Assembly: GCA_016713435.1 (NCBI GenBank)
Contig: JADJPD010000029.1
Coordinates: forward strand, 4,708-68,707
Length of the DNA stretch: 64,000 bases
Direction: 5' to 3'
From: Gemmatimonadota bacterium
GTDB lineage: Bacteria; Gemmatimonadota; Gemmatimonadetes; Gemmatimonadales; GWC2-71-9
This document shows, piece by piece, positions 27,227 through 39,856 of the stretch; the first letter of the stretch is position 1; each line of letters starts with the position of its first letter. The notes beneath the pieces were generated by a model that was not told where the DNA came from, made no database searches, and saw nothing but the letters and a program-made list of their open reading frames with translations. Both the position numbers and the translations under genes were made by a program.

Positions 27227-29086
27227 ATGGCCACCTCCCCCCTCGCCGACCTGCTGCTCGCCCTCCAGGGGCTGGTGCAGCGGCTCCGCGTCCTGCCCGC
27301 CGGGCACCCGGACCTCCACGCCGCCGCGCAGGCGGTGGAGCGGGGGCTGGTGCCGGTCATCGGCGCGCGGGACCGGATGGTGGTGACGGTGCGCAGCGTG
27401 CAGCTCGTGGTGGATGGGATGGAAACGAGTCCCGACTACGAGCCGCTCCGGGACCTGGCCGGGCAGCTCCGCGACGCCGGCGTGGCCGCCATCGAGTTCC
27501 GCTTCGGCGCCACGGGGCCCGAGCTCATCACCGTCTTTGCCGAGCTCCTGGCCGGGGGCGCCATGCTGCCGGGGTCGGAGCACGTGAGCTTCCGGGCCGT
27601 GAGCCACGTGGACACGCCGTCGCACGATCCCTGGCTGGCGCTCGAGCGGCTCATCCTCGACGATCCGGTGCGCCGCCACGCCACGCGGGATCCCGTGGAG
27701 CTGGCGATCGCGCTGGAGCTGCACCCGGCCGGCACCCGCGGCAACTTCTCCGTCCTCGCCGCGCTCACCGCCATTGCACAGGCGAGCGCCGAGGAGGCCG
27801 AGAGCCTCGGCGCGCTGGCGGCGCTCCTCACCGCCCTGCCCGCCGCCGCGCTGCGCCGCCTGCTGGCCCCCAGCGGCCACGTGGAGGCGCAGCGCGATTT
27901 CGTGCTGGCGCTGGCCCACACCGCCGACCTGCCGCTCCTCCTCCGCCTGCTGCAGGCCGCGCTGCCCGGCCGCGAGGCCCGCCTCACCGCCGCATCGGTG
28001 CGCCTGCTCGGCCGGCTGGTGCGGGACGAGCACCCGACGGCGCGCACGGCGCTCCTGCACGCCTTCACCGCGCTGCTGGCCCGCCCCGGCAGCGAGGAGC
28101 CGGTGGCCGAGGGCGGCGCCGGGCCGGAGCGGGTGCTGAGCCTGGCGTTCGAGACGGGCATCCTCGAGGCCGGCACCCTGGCGGCCGCCGACCGCATGAT
28201 CGGCCGGCGCCAGTCGGGGCCGCTGCTGGCGCTGCTCGAGACCGTCCCGCGCGAGGACAGCGTCGCGCAGGCGGTGCGGGGCCGCGTCTATCACCCGCGC
28301 ACCGTGCGCGAGGTGCTGGCCACCGACCCGCTGGACCTCGACCTGCTCGACAAGCTGATCCCCGCCGCCGGCATCGAGGCGGCACCGGCGCTGCTCGACG
28401 CGCTCGCCACGTCGCGCGAGCGGCGGGTGCGGCTCCGGCTGCTGGAACTGCTGTCGCGCTACGGCAGCGCCGTCGGCCCGCTGGCGCAGGACCGGCTGGA
28501 GGGGATGCCGTGGTACGTGCAGCGGAACCTGCTGGCCCTGCTGGCCCGGATCCCCGACCGGCCCGCCAGCTTCACGGCCGGCCCGCTGCTCGAGCACCGC
28601 GACCCGCGCGTCCGCCACGAGGCCGTCGCGCTGGCCATCGCGGACCCGAGCGAGCGCGACCACGGCCTCACCGCCGCCCTCCTGTCCGCGCACGAGCCCA
28701 CGCTCCGCCTGGGCCTCGAGGCGCTCAGCGAGTACTGCCCGCCGGTCCTGCTGCCGCAGGTGCTGGCGCGCGCCACCGATCCCGCGCTCCCGGCCGAGAT
28801 GCGCGCGCTCGCAGTGAGCGCGCTGGCGCCCATCGACGACCCGCTGGTGCTCCGCTTCCTCCGCCGCCTCGTGGTGGCCGGCGGCCTCACCGGCTTCGGG
28901 CGCCTCGCGCCCAAGAGCCCGCCGATGCTCGCCGCCCTCCGCGGCCTCGCCCTGCACTGGGCCCGCCACCCGAAGGTGGGGCCGGTCCTCGAGGCCGCCC
29001 GCCAGTCGAAGGACCCCGACGTCCGCGCCGCCATCGCCGCGACGCGCCGCTCCGGGGCCACCAACAGCCCGGTGACGCCGCCGTGA
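27227..29086 (+). CDS. HEAT/armadillo-repeat protein
   Basis: The C-terminal half has repeated helical pairs with HRDPRVRHEAVALA, SKDPDVRAAIAA and ATDPALPAEMRALAVSAL. The stop overlaps the start of the next gene (GTGA). Confidence 0.65.
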   Translation: MATSPLADLLLALQGLVQRLRVLPAGHPDLHAAAQAVERGLVPVIGARDRMVVTVRSVQLVVDGMETSPDYEPLRDLAGQLRDAGVAAIEFRFGATGPELITVFAELLAGGAMLPGSEHVSFRAVSHVDTPSHDPWLALERLILDDPVRRHATRDPVELAIALELHPAGTRGNFSVLAALTAIAQASAEEAESLGALAALLTALPAAALRRLLAPSGHVEAQRDFVLALAHTADLPLLLRLLQAALPGREARLTAASVRLLGRLVRDEHPTARTALLHAFTALLARPGSEEPVAEGGAGPERVLSLAFETGILEAGTLAAADRMIGRRQSGPLLALLETVPREDSVAQAVRGRVYHPRTVREVLATDPLDLDLLDKLIPAAGIEAAPALLDALATSRERRVRLRLLELLSRYGSAVGPLAQDRLEGMPWYVQRNLLALLARIPDRPASFTAGPLLEHRDPRVRHEAVALAIADPSERDHGLTAALLSAHEPTLRLGLEALSEYCPPVLLPQVLARATDPALPAEMRALAVSALAPIDDPLVLRFLRRLVVAGGLTGFGRLAPKSPPMLAALRGLALHWARHPKVGPVLEAARQSKDPDVRAAIAATRRSGATNSPVTPP

Positions 29087-30183
29087 TCGCCGCCGCCCGC
29101 TTCCTCCGCGCCCTGGGCGATGCCCTCGACGCCCGCTCCCGCGACGGGGCCGACGCCCAGCTCCGCACCGTGGACACCGCCTGCCACGAGCGGCTCCGCG
29201 ACCTGCTGCTCGAGGACGGCCGCCCCGTCTTCCGCTTCTCGCGCGACGGCCTCTGCTACGGCGCCCTGGTCCTGAGCGACCTGGCGGTCTGGCCCTGGAG
29301 CGCGCGCCTGGCCATGCGGGGCGTCGAGCGCCTGGAGTTCACGGCGCTCCCCGGCATCGGGACCCTCGCCGCATTCCTCGACTATGCCGCCGGCCTCCTC
29401 CCGGCCGGCGGCATCGCGCCCCGGCTCACCCCCGATGGCCTCCGCTGGGGCCTCGACCTCGGCGACAGCACCAGCGACCGCCACCCGCTCGCCGAGGAGC
29501 TCGACGTGGTGCGCGAGGTGTTCCGCTCGGTGGAGCGCGGCCTGACCATCCGCGCCGGCGACGCGATGCTGGTGAGCGCGGCCCTCGAGGGCCACGTGCA
29601 GGGCACCCGCCTCGTGGTGCCGCTCCTCGCCGGCACCGAGCGCGAGGATTACCAGCCGGCCCACGCGGTCAACACCACGCTCCTCGCGGTGGCGCTGGCC
29701 CACTCGCTCGAATTGCCTGCCACGGAACGCGCCGAGGCGGCGCTCGCCGGGCTGCTCCACGACATCGGCATGACCCGCATGCCCGCCCAGACGCTCTCCG
29801 CCGCGCGCTTCACGCCGGAGGACCGCGAGGTGCTGCGGAGCCACCCCCTCGAGGGCGCGCGCCTCCTCCTCCGCCAGGGCGACCGCTTCGAGACCGCGGC
29901 GGTGGTGGCCTACGAGCATCACCTGCGGAAGGACGGCAGCGGCTACCCGCGCCTGAGTTACCCCCGCGCGCCCCACCGCCTGAGCGAGGTGGTGGCGGTC
30001 TGTGACGCCTTCGACGCCCTCCTCGCCACCCGGCCCGACCGGCCCGCCCTCGACCCCGCCACCGCGCTCCGCCAGCTGGAGCGGAGCGCGGTCACCCAGT
30101 ATGACGCCGAGGTGGTGTCGGCCCTGGGTGCCGTGGTGCTCGGCGGGTCGGCTCCCGGCGGGCTTCCCTTGACAGTCCGATAA
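29083..30183 (+). CDS. HD-GYP-type phosphohydrolase (probable c-di-GMP phosphodiesterase) with an uncharacterised N-terminal domain
   Basis: HAVNTTLLAVALA, GLLHDIGM and YEHHLRKDGSGYP (HD .. HHxxxDGxGYP) motifs are present. It is translationally coupled to the HEAT gene. Confidence 0.8.
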   Translation: MIAAARFLRALGDALDARSRDGADAQLRTVDTACHERLRDLLLEDGRPVFRFSRDGLCYGALVLSDLAVWPWSARLAMRGVERLEFTALPGIGTLAAFLDYAAGLLPAGGIAPRLTPDGLRWGLDLGDSTSDRHPLAEELDVVREVFRSVERGLTIRAGDAMLVSAALEGHVQGTRLVVPLLAGTEREDYQPAHAVNTTLLAVALAHSLELPATERAEAALAGLLHDIGMTRMPAQTLSAARFTPEDREVLRSHPLEGARLLLRQGDRFETAAVVAYEHHLRKDGSGYPRLSYPRAPHRLSEVVAVCDAFDALLATRPDRPALDPATALRQLERSAVTQYDAEVVSALGAVVLGGSAPGGLPLTVR

Positions 30184-30276
30184 ACCCAGTCGTATTTGAG
30201 CCTGACCGCCCGACTGCCGGGGACCCGTGCGGGGACCCCGAGGCCCGGGCCTGCACCCTGGAAGGGGAGTGAGACG

Positions 30277-31167
30277 ATGTCCGACGTGAAGGAACTGCCG
30301 GCGGTGCCGCCGATCGAGGCGCGGGGGTACGCGCATCCCGAGGTGCTGGTGTCCACGCAGTGGGTGGCGGACCACCTCGACGATCCCGCGGTGCGGCTGC
30401 TCGAGTCCAATGAGGACCTGCTGCTCTACGAGACGGGCCACCTCCCCGGCGCCGTGAAGATCGACTGGGTGCACGACCTCAACGATCCCGTCACCCGCGA
30501 CTACCTGGACCGGGCGCGCTTCGAGGAGCTGCTCCGGAAGAAGGGGATCCACGCGGACACCACCATCGTGTTCTACGGCGACAAGAACAACTGGTGGGCC
30601 ACGTACGCCTTCTGGGTCTTCAGCCTCTTCGGGCTGCGGAACCTCAAGCTCATGGACGGCGGCCGGCTGCGGTGGGTGGAGGAGGGCCGGCCGATGGTCA
30701 CCGACCTGCCGATCCCGCCGCGCGGCACCATCACCGTGGGGGAGCGGAACGACGCCCTGATCCGCGCCTTCCGCGACGACGTGCTGGCGCACGTGGGGCG
30801 GCAGGGCCAGCTGGTGGACGTGCGGAGCCCCGAGGAGTACCGCGGCGAGCGCCTGCACATGCCCGACTATCCCAACGAGGGCTCGGTGCGAGGCGGCCAC
30901 ATCCCCGGCGCCCGCAGCATCCCGTGGGCGCGCGCCGTGAACCCCGACACCCACACCTTCCGCCCCGCGAGCGAACTGCGCCGGCTCTACGTGGAGGAGC
31001 AGGGGCTCGACCCGGCGCGCGAGACCATCGCCTACTGCCGCATCGGCGAGCGGTCGAGCCACTCGTGGTTTGCGCTCACCTACCTGCTGGGCTTCCGCGA
31101 CGTGAAGAACTACGACGGCTCGTGGACGGAGTGGGGCAACGGGGTGCGGCTGCCCATCGAGAAGTGA
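30277..31167 (+). CDS. Two-domain rhodanese, thiosulfate/3-mercaptopyruvate sulfurtransferase (CysA/SseB-like)
   Basis: It has a tandem rhodanese fold, GHLPGAV and GHIPGA motifs, and the active-site loop CRIGERSS. The RBS GGGGAGTGAG precedes ATG 30277. Confidence 0.8.
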   Translation: MSDVKELPAVPPIEARGYAHPEVLVSTQWVADHLDDPAVRLLESNEDLLLYETGHLPGAVKIDWVHDLNDPVTRDYLDRARFEELLRKKGIHADTTIVFYGDKNNWWATYAFWVFSLFGLRNLKLMDGGRLRWVEEGRPMVTDLPIPPRGTITVGERNDALIRAFRDDVLAHVGRQGQLVDVRSPEEYRGERLHMPDYPNEGSVRGGHIPGARSIPWARAVNPDTHTFRPASELRRLYVEEQGLDPARETIAYCRIGERSSHSWFALTYLLGFRDVKNYDGSWTEWGNGVRLPIEK

Positions 31168-31176
31168 ACACGCGAT

Positions 31177-31268
31177 CCTCGGCTGAAGCCGAGGCTCGGC
31201 GCGGCTGAAGCCGCGGAAGTCCCTCACGGGACTCCTCCTGGGGGCCGTCCTCGGTGCGAGGGCGGCCC
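31177..31268. terminator. Array of four consecutive stem-loops between convergent genes; the first two share the loop context GGC-TGAA-GCC
   Basis: CCTCGGC-TGAA-GCCGAGG (31177-31194), CGCGGC-TGAA-GCCGCG (31200-31215), AGTCCC-TCAC-GGGACT (31218-31233) and GGGCCGTCCTCG-GTG-CGAGGGCGGCCC (31242-31268, followed by TTCGTGCTT). Confidence 0.5.
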
Positions 31269-31281
31269 TTCGTGCTTGGGG

Positions 31282-32040
31282 TTAGAGGAGCTTGGGGAGG
31301 AGGGCGCCGGCGGCGCCGGTCAGCTTCACGTCGGCGATGTCGTCGAAGGCGGTGGCGCCCGGGTCGAGGACCACCAGGGCGCCGTGCCTCGCCACCGCCT
31401 GGGCCAGGCCCGCGGCGGGCTGCACCGCGCCCGCGGTGCCGATCACCAGGCAGGTGTCGGCCCGCTCGGCGGCGGCCATCGCGGCGGCGAGCGCCGCGTC
31501 GGGCAGCGACTCCCCGAACCAGACCACGTCGGGGCGGTAGAGCCCCTCGCAGTGGGGGCAGCGGGGCAGGGTGTCCACCGAGGTGGCGTCCACCGGGCCG
31601 TCGTGCTCCGCGCGGAAATCGCAGGTGGTGCAGCGGACGTGGTGGATGGAGCCGTGCAGGCGGATGGGGTAGGCGGGGTCGGGCGCCACGCCGAGCGCGG
31701 TGGCGGCCTCGCGGGCGGCGCGCTCGTGCAGGGCGTCCACGTTCTGGGTCACGAGCGTGACGCCGGGGCGCGAGAGCATCCACCGCGCCAGGGCGCGATG
31801 GCCCGGGTTGGGGCGGCAGCTGGCCACGAGGCCGCGGCGCCAGCCGTACCACTCCCACACCAGGCGCGGGTCGCGCGCAAAGGCCTCGGCGGTGGCCAGG
31901 TCCTCGGCGCGGAACTGCTTCCAGAGCCCGCCGGCTCCACGGAAGGTGGGCACGCCCGACTCCGCGCTGATCCCCGCTCCCGTGAGCACCAGCACCGCGG
32001 ACCCCGCCAGCAGCATCCGCGCCTCCTCGATCCGCTCCAT
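31282..32040 (-). CDS. cobB: NAD-dependent protein deacylase (sirtuin, CobB/Sir2 family)
   Basis: GAGISAESGVPTFRG, QNVDALHERA and HGS are present, along with the Zn ribbon CTTC..CPHC. ATG 32040 overlaps the sufE-like stop. Confidence 0.85.
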   Translation of the reverse strand: MERIEEARMLLAGSAVLVLTGAGISAESGVPTFRGAGGLWKQFRAEDLATAEAFARDPRLVWEWYGWRRGLVASCRPNPGHRALARWMLSRPGVTLVTQNVDALHERAAREAATALGVAPDPAYPIRLHGSIHHVRCTTCDFRAEHDGPVDATSVDTLPRCPHCEGLYRPDVVWFGESLPDAALAAAMAAAERADTCLVIGTAGAVQPAAGLAQAVARHGALVVLDPGATAFDDIADVKLTGAAGALLPKLL

Positions 32041-32459
32041 CAGCCCAGCTCGCCGGCCATGCGCTTGAGGCGACCCACCATGGCGGTGAGGCCGTGGGTG
32101 CGGGTCATGCCGAGCGCCTCGCCGAGGCCGAGCTGGTCGAGCAGGTCGCCGGGGAGGGCGGCCACCTCGGCGGGGGCGGCGTGATCGATCCCCTTGGCCA
32201 GGAGCGAGACGAAGCCGCGCACCGTCGGCGCCTCCTTCGGCGCGTCGGCGTGCAGCACCACGCCGTCGCCTTCCTTCCTCAGGTAGAGGAAGACGGGCGA
32301 CTGGCACTCGGGCACGCGATTGAGGCCGGCGTCGCGCGCGGCGTGGTACTCCGCCGGGAGGTCCGGCAGCTTCTTGCTGTAGTCGAGGAGCAGCTCGAGG
32401 CGCGTCTGCTTGTCCGCCGCCTGGAAGCGGCGGACGATCCTGGCCAGGGCGTCGGTCAT
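32040..32459 (-). CDS. sufE: SufE-like cysteine desulfuration (sulfur acceptor) protein
   Basis: The protein is 139 aa and contains RLELLLDYSKKLP, the active-site context VPECQSPVF, and GLTAMVGRLK. Confidence 0.75.
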   Translation of the reverse strand: MTDALARIVRRFQAADKQTRLELLLDYSKKLPDLPAEYHAARDAGLNRVPECQSPVFLYLRKEGDGVVLHADAPKEAPTVRGFVSLLAKGIDHAAPAEVAALPGDLLDQLGLGEALGMTRTHGLTAMVGRLKRMAGELG

Positions 32460-32497
32460 GCGGGGAATCTAGCGGGCCCCGGCACCCGTCGCGCGGG

Positions 32498-33832
32498 TCA
32501 GGCGGCGGGTTTCACCAGGAAGAGCCGGACGTGATAGGCGCCGGCGGCGAGGAGGCCCGCCAGGAACACCGCCGCGCCCGCGGTGGCCAGCGCGCGATTC
32601 CCGAGGAAGAGCGAGGCTACCAGCAGCACCATCCCGAGGGTGTGTCCTGCCCCGGCGGCCCACGCCAGCGGCGGATGCACCAGGTCCGCCAGCTGCGGCG
32701 TGCCGGGCCGGCCCTGCTGCCGGGCAAAGCGATAGTGCCAGGTGAGCGTGGCGAGGATCCGGAAGCTCACCGCGATGGTGAGCCCGCTGAGCCAGCCCAG
32801 GAGCATGGTCACCACGAAGCCGGTGATGAATCCCGGCACCCGGAGGCCGAGCGCCACCGCCGCGAGCCCGAAGCCGGTGCCGGTCACCAGCCAGAGCAGC
32901 GCGGCGAGCGCCAGCGAGGTGGTGGGGTCGAGCCGCCGCGTGCTGCGGCGCCCGTACCACTGGAGCATGTGCCCCGCGAAGAACGCGATCCCGCCGGCCA
33001 TGGTGAGCGCGCCCGCCCACGTCAGCCAGCTCCACCCCCCCATGGCGCCGATGGCGAAGAGCACGGTCCCGCTCGCCAGCGCGCGGCGCAGGCCGCGGAC
33101 GATGTCATCGCGCTGCTCGATGGCGCCGAGGAACATCGGCAGCATCCGGCTCCCCACGCCCATCGCCGTGATGGTGCCGAAGCCCACCAGCGCGAAGGTG
33201 AAGTGGGACGCGAGCAGCGGCAGCCTCGGCGTGGTCCACCACCCGAAGGCGTCCCCGATCCGCGCACCGGCGACGGCCATGGCGTTGCCGAGGCCGATGT
33301 GCGCGTACGAGATGGCGAGGCCCACTTCCTTGTTGCGGTTGGCCTTCTTCCGCGCGGGCAGGATGTTCCACGCGTGCCCGTACACGCCGGCGAAGAGCAG
33401 CAGGTATCCGAGCCCCAGCATGCTGCGCCAGCCGGTCCACAAGCCGTGCACCAGGATGCAGGTGCCGAGCAGGTGGAAGCCGTAGGACCACCAGGCCACC
33501 CGGGTGCTGCGCGTGGCGGCCCCCATGAGCGCGGGCACGACCTGGTAGAGCACGCCCGTGATCACGGTGACGAGCCAGCCCAGCGTGAAGATGTGGGTGA
33601 GCGCCAGCACCCGCGGGTCGAGGAAATTGGCCGTCGCCAGCTGCCCCGCCAGCGGCACCAGCAGCACGCTGCCGAGGAGGAACCACGCGAGGGCGGTGGC
33701 GATGTGGCCCGCGACGAGGGGGTACGACGGCGGGGCGGGGGCGTTCACGGGCAGCGTGCGGCCGAGCGGCGCAGGGCCGGGCGCGGGCGGGTGCATCGGG
33801 AGCGGGGAGGTACGAAGGATCGGCGTCGCCAT
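32498..33832 (-). CDS. Polytopic integral membrane protein (about 12 TM helices); family not confidently recognised (distant haem-copper-oxidase-subunit-I/NnrS-like impression only)
   Basis: The 444-aa ORF is hydrophobic throughout and has conserved-looking His residues (LTHIFTLGW, HFTFALVGFG, FAGHMLQWYG). Confidence 0.5.
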   Translation of the reverse strand: MATPILRTSPLPMHPPAPGPAPLGRTLPVNAPAPPSYPLVAGHIATALAWFLLGSVLLVPLAGQLATANFLDPRVLALTHIFTLGWLVTVITGVLYQVVPALMGAATRSTRVAWWSYGFHLLGTCILVHGLWTGWRSMLGLGYLLLFAGVYGHAWNILPARKKANRNKEVGLAISYAHIGLGNAMAVAGARIGDAFGWWTTPRLPLLASHFTFALVGFGTITAMGVGSRMLPMFLGAIEQRDDIVRGLRRALASGTVLFAIGAMGGWSWLTWAGALTMAGGIAFFAGHMLQWYGRRSTRRLDPTTSLALAALLWLVTGTGFGLAAVALGLRVPGFITGFVVTMLLGWLSGLTIAVSFRILATLTWHYRFARQQGRPGTPQLADLVHPPLAWAAGAGHTLGMVLLVASLFLGNRALATAGAAVFLAGLLAAGAYHVRLFLVKPAA

Positions 33833-33854
33833 ATTATCACCTGTTGGTGAGAAT
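33833..33854 (-). promoter_or_regulatory. Inverted repeat covering the Shine-Dalgarno sequence of the 32498..33832 gene (possible RBS-sequestering hairpin or operator)
   Basis: The minus-strand mRNA reads AUUCUCACC-AACA-GGUGAUAAU-AUG. The GGUGA SD is paired with UCACC, giving 9-bp arms with one mismatch. Confidence 0.35.
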
Positions 33855-33910
33855 ATAGCGGCACCGGCCCGCGACGCACCAGCCCGGTGCGCCGCGGACC
33901 GGCTCGGGGA

Positions 33911-34453
33911 TCAGGCCGCCTTGGCGGCGGGGTCCGGCGCGGCGGCCGGCCGGGCCAGCACGCCGGCGAGCTTGCCCGAGGCGAAGCCGAAGAGCGCCCC
34001 CACGATCATGGAGGAGCCCACGGCCACCAGCGCGTTGGCCGGGCTGGCGGTGGTGAGGCTCTCGCGCGTGAGGTTGGCACCGGGGTTGCCGAGGAGGAAG
34101 GCGAAGACCGCGGCGTAGCCGTACACGCTGGCGGGAATCGTCCCGAGCGCCGGCAGGTGCGCGGCGAGGCAGAGCAGGGTGACGGTCACGGCCACCACCA
34201 CGGCGGCGCTCACGGCGCCCGGGGGCGCCACGGTGACGAGGAGCATGGCGGCCACCCAGCCCATGGCGGCGCCGAAGAGGTTGCAGGTGAGGGTCTTCCG
34301 GAGGGCGTCCGTGGTGCCCCCGGTGTGGAAGTAGCACGCCCAGGCGAGGAACGCCGCCCAGATCAGGTAGTGGGTCATCACCTGCAGGAACAGGAAGGTG
34401 GCGACCCCCCCGAGCAACCCGATGCTGAGCGACAGTGCGACGAGCTGTGACAT
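33911..34453 (-). CDS. Small inner-membrane protein (DUF1097-like)
   Basis: The protein is 180 aa with 5-6 TM helices and contains WAAFLAWACYFHTGG. The family call is from memory only. Confidence 0.5.
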   Translation of the reverse strand: MSQLVALSLSIGLLGGVATFLFLQVMTHYLIWAAFLAWACYFHTGGTTDALRKTLTCNLFGAAMGWVAAMLLVTVAPPGAVSAAVVVAVTVTLLCLAAHLPALGTIPASVYGYAAVFAFLLGNPGANLTRESLTTASPANALVAVGSSMIVGALFGFASGKLAGVLARPAAAPDPAAKAA

Positions 34454-34623
34454 GGACGTGCCCTCCGGAAGAAGTGGTGGGACGAGCCTGCCCCGCGTGT
34501 GGCGGGTGGAGCGCCGGCGGTGGTGCGCGCGGCCGGGACGGATGGGATGGGGCGAACGAATGGAGCTGGCGGGAAGGCGCTGGCGCGCCCCGGCCCGCCG
34601 GGGAGGCGGGCCCTAGATAGGCC

Positions 34624-34655
34624 CCGGTCCCGGCGCTGTCAAGCACCGGGACCGG
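34624..34655 (-). terminator. Hairpin downstream of icd
   Basis: CCGGTCCCGG-CGCTGTCAAGCA-CCGGGACCGG lies 50 nt after the icd stop. There is no U-tract. Confidence 0.4.
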
Positions 34656-34705
34656 AAACCGGGCACGCCTGTCAGGCAGGCGCGCCCGCGGGATGGCGGC
34701 GGGTG

Positions 34706-35959
<1,254 letters not shown>

Positions 35960-36069
35960 GGGGCGGGGCCTCGGGTAAGTTGGGGAGGAAGCTGGTGGCG
36001 GGCCGGGCGGGACTGGCAGCCCGCGACCGGCCGGTCCTGCAGGTCCCTCAATATACGTCCCCTCGCCCG

Positions 36070-37818
36070 ATGAGCGATCCCGCCGCCGCCTTACGCGACT
36101 CCCTCGCCCGGCAATCCCGGGCCATGGAATCCGCGCACGCGATGCTGGCCGTCTTCGATGCCCACCAGGCGCAGTTCCGCCTGGTGACGCGCCGGGCCGA
36201 GGGTCGCTTCCTCACGCGCGACTGGCGCGGCGGCCAGCAGGACGCCGCCGAGCGCCTCACGCTCTACCGCCAGTTCGTGCAGTGGTGCGTGCAGGACCTG
36301 CGCCGGTCCCGGGGCGACGCCACCGCCGACCTCGCCTTCTGGCGCGTGCTGCGGGAGGCCTACCACCGGCTGGCCCGCGAGCGGACCGACGCCGAGCTGG
36401 CGCTCACGTTCTTCAACTCCGTCGTGCGGCAGGTGCTCCGCGCGGTGGGTCCCGAGGCAGGCGTCTACTGCGACGACCGCGACTTCCAGGTCCTGCCCCC
36501 GCCGCTCACCGGCCCCGGCATCCGCCGGGTGCCGGGGGCGGGGCTCGAGATGATGTTCCACGCCGCGCTGGCGCAGCTGCCCTTCGCCGCGCAGTACCCC
36601 GGCCTCGGCGAGGATGCCCATCGCCTGGCGCGGGTGGTGGCGGAGGACCTGGCCCGCCGCCCGCGCACGCCCGCCCCCGAGGCGCTCGAGCTCTACCCCA
36701 TGCCGTTCTACCGGAACAAGGGGGCCTACCTGGTCGGCCGCCTGGTGGCACCCGGGCTGCTCATCCCGGTGGTGCTGCCGCTGGTCCACGACGAGCGCGG
36801 CATCCGGGTGGACGCCGTGCTGCTCACCTCGGAGGAGGTGAGCGTCGTCTTCTCCTTCACCCGCTCCTACTTCCACGTGGAGGCGGAGTGCCCCCGGGCG
36901 CTGGTCGAGTTCCTGCGCACCCTCATGCCCCGGAAGCCGCTCGACGAGCTCTACACCTCCCTCGGCTTCCACAAGCACGGCAAGACGGAGCTGGTGCGGG
37001 CGCTGCTCCGCCACATGCAGGCCAACGACGCCCGCTTCGAGGTGGCCGAGGGCGACAAGGGCCTCGTGATGGCGGTCTTCGCCATGCCGTCGCTCAACGT
37101 GGTGTTCAAGATCATCAAGGACCGCTTCGGGCCGCCCAAGCAGACCACGCGGGCCCAGGTGATGGAGAAGTACCGGCTGGTCTTCGTGCGCGACCGGGTG
37201 GGCCGGCTGGCCGATGCGCAGGAGTTCGAGGAGCTCGAGTTCGAGCGCGGGCGCTTCCACCCCGACGTCCTGGCGGAGCTCGAGGCGGAGTGCCCCACCA
37301 TGCTGCGCGCCGAGGGCGAGCGCGTGGTGGTCCGCCATCTCTACACCGAGCGCCGGGTGACCCCGCTCAACGTCTACCTGAAGCAGGTGGACGAGGCGCA
37401 CGCGCTCGACGCGGTGCTCGACTACGGCCAGGCCATCAAGGACCTCGCCGCCGCCAACATCTTCACCGGCGACATGCTGCTCAAGAACTTCGGCGTGACC
37501 CGCAACGGCCGCGTCATCTTCTACGACTACGACGAGCTCTGCCTCCTCACCGAGTGCCGCTTCCGCGCCCTCCCCCAGGCCCGCCACGACGACGACGAGT
37601 ACTCGGCCGAGCCGTGGTTCTCCGTCGGCGAGCACGACATCTTCCCCGAGGAGTTCCGCACTTTCCTCACCCTGCCCGGCCGCGCGGGCCAGGCCTTCCT
37701 CGAGGCCCACGGCGACCTGCTCACCGTCGAGTACTGGCGCCACATGCAGCGGCTCGCCGAGCAGGGCGAGATCGTCGACATCTTCCCCTACCGGCCGAGC
37801 CGGCGGCTGCGGGCGTAG
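36070..37818 (+). CDS. aceK: Isocitrate dehydrogenase kinase/phosphatase
   Basis: The protein is 582 aa. Blocks collinear with AceK include [58 protein letters not shown] and FPEEF. It is transcribed divergently from icd. Confidence 0.8.
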   Translation: MSDPAAALRDSLARQSRAMESAHAMLAVFDAHQAQFRLVTRRAEGRFLTRDWRGGQQDAAERLTLYRQFVQWCVQDLRRSRGDATADLAFWRVLREAYHRLARERTDAELALTFFNSVVRQVLRAVGPEAGVYCDDRDFQVLPPPLTGPGIRRVPGAGLEMMFHAALAQLPFAAQYPGLGEDAHRLARVVAEDLARRPRTPAPEALELYPMPFYRNKGAYLVGRLVAPGLLIPVVLPLVHDERGIRVDAVLLTSEEVSVVFSFTRSYFHVEAECPRALVEFLRTLMPRKPLDELYTSLGFHKHGKTELVRALLRHMQANDARFEVAEGDKGLVMAVFAMPSLNVVFKIIKDRFGPPKQTTRAQVMEKYRLVFVRDRVGRLADAQEFEELEFERGRFHPDVLAELEAECPTMLRAEGERVVVRHLYTERRVTPLNVYLKQVDEAHALDAVLDYGQAIKDLAAANIFTGDMLLKNFGVTRNGRVIFYDYDELCLLTECRFRALPQARHDDDEYSAEPWFSVGEHDIFPEEFRTFLTLPGRAGQAFLEAHGDLLTVEYWRHMQRLAEQGEIVDIFPYRPSRRLRA

Positions 37819-37894
37819 GGCGCACGGGCCTCTGCGCCCCCGTGGTGGGGCGGTTACATTCCCGCCTCCACGCCACCCCTATTCCCGGCCGCCC

Positions 37895-39853
<1,959 letters not shown>

Positions 39854-39856
39854 CCG

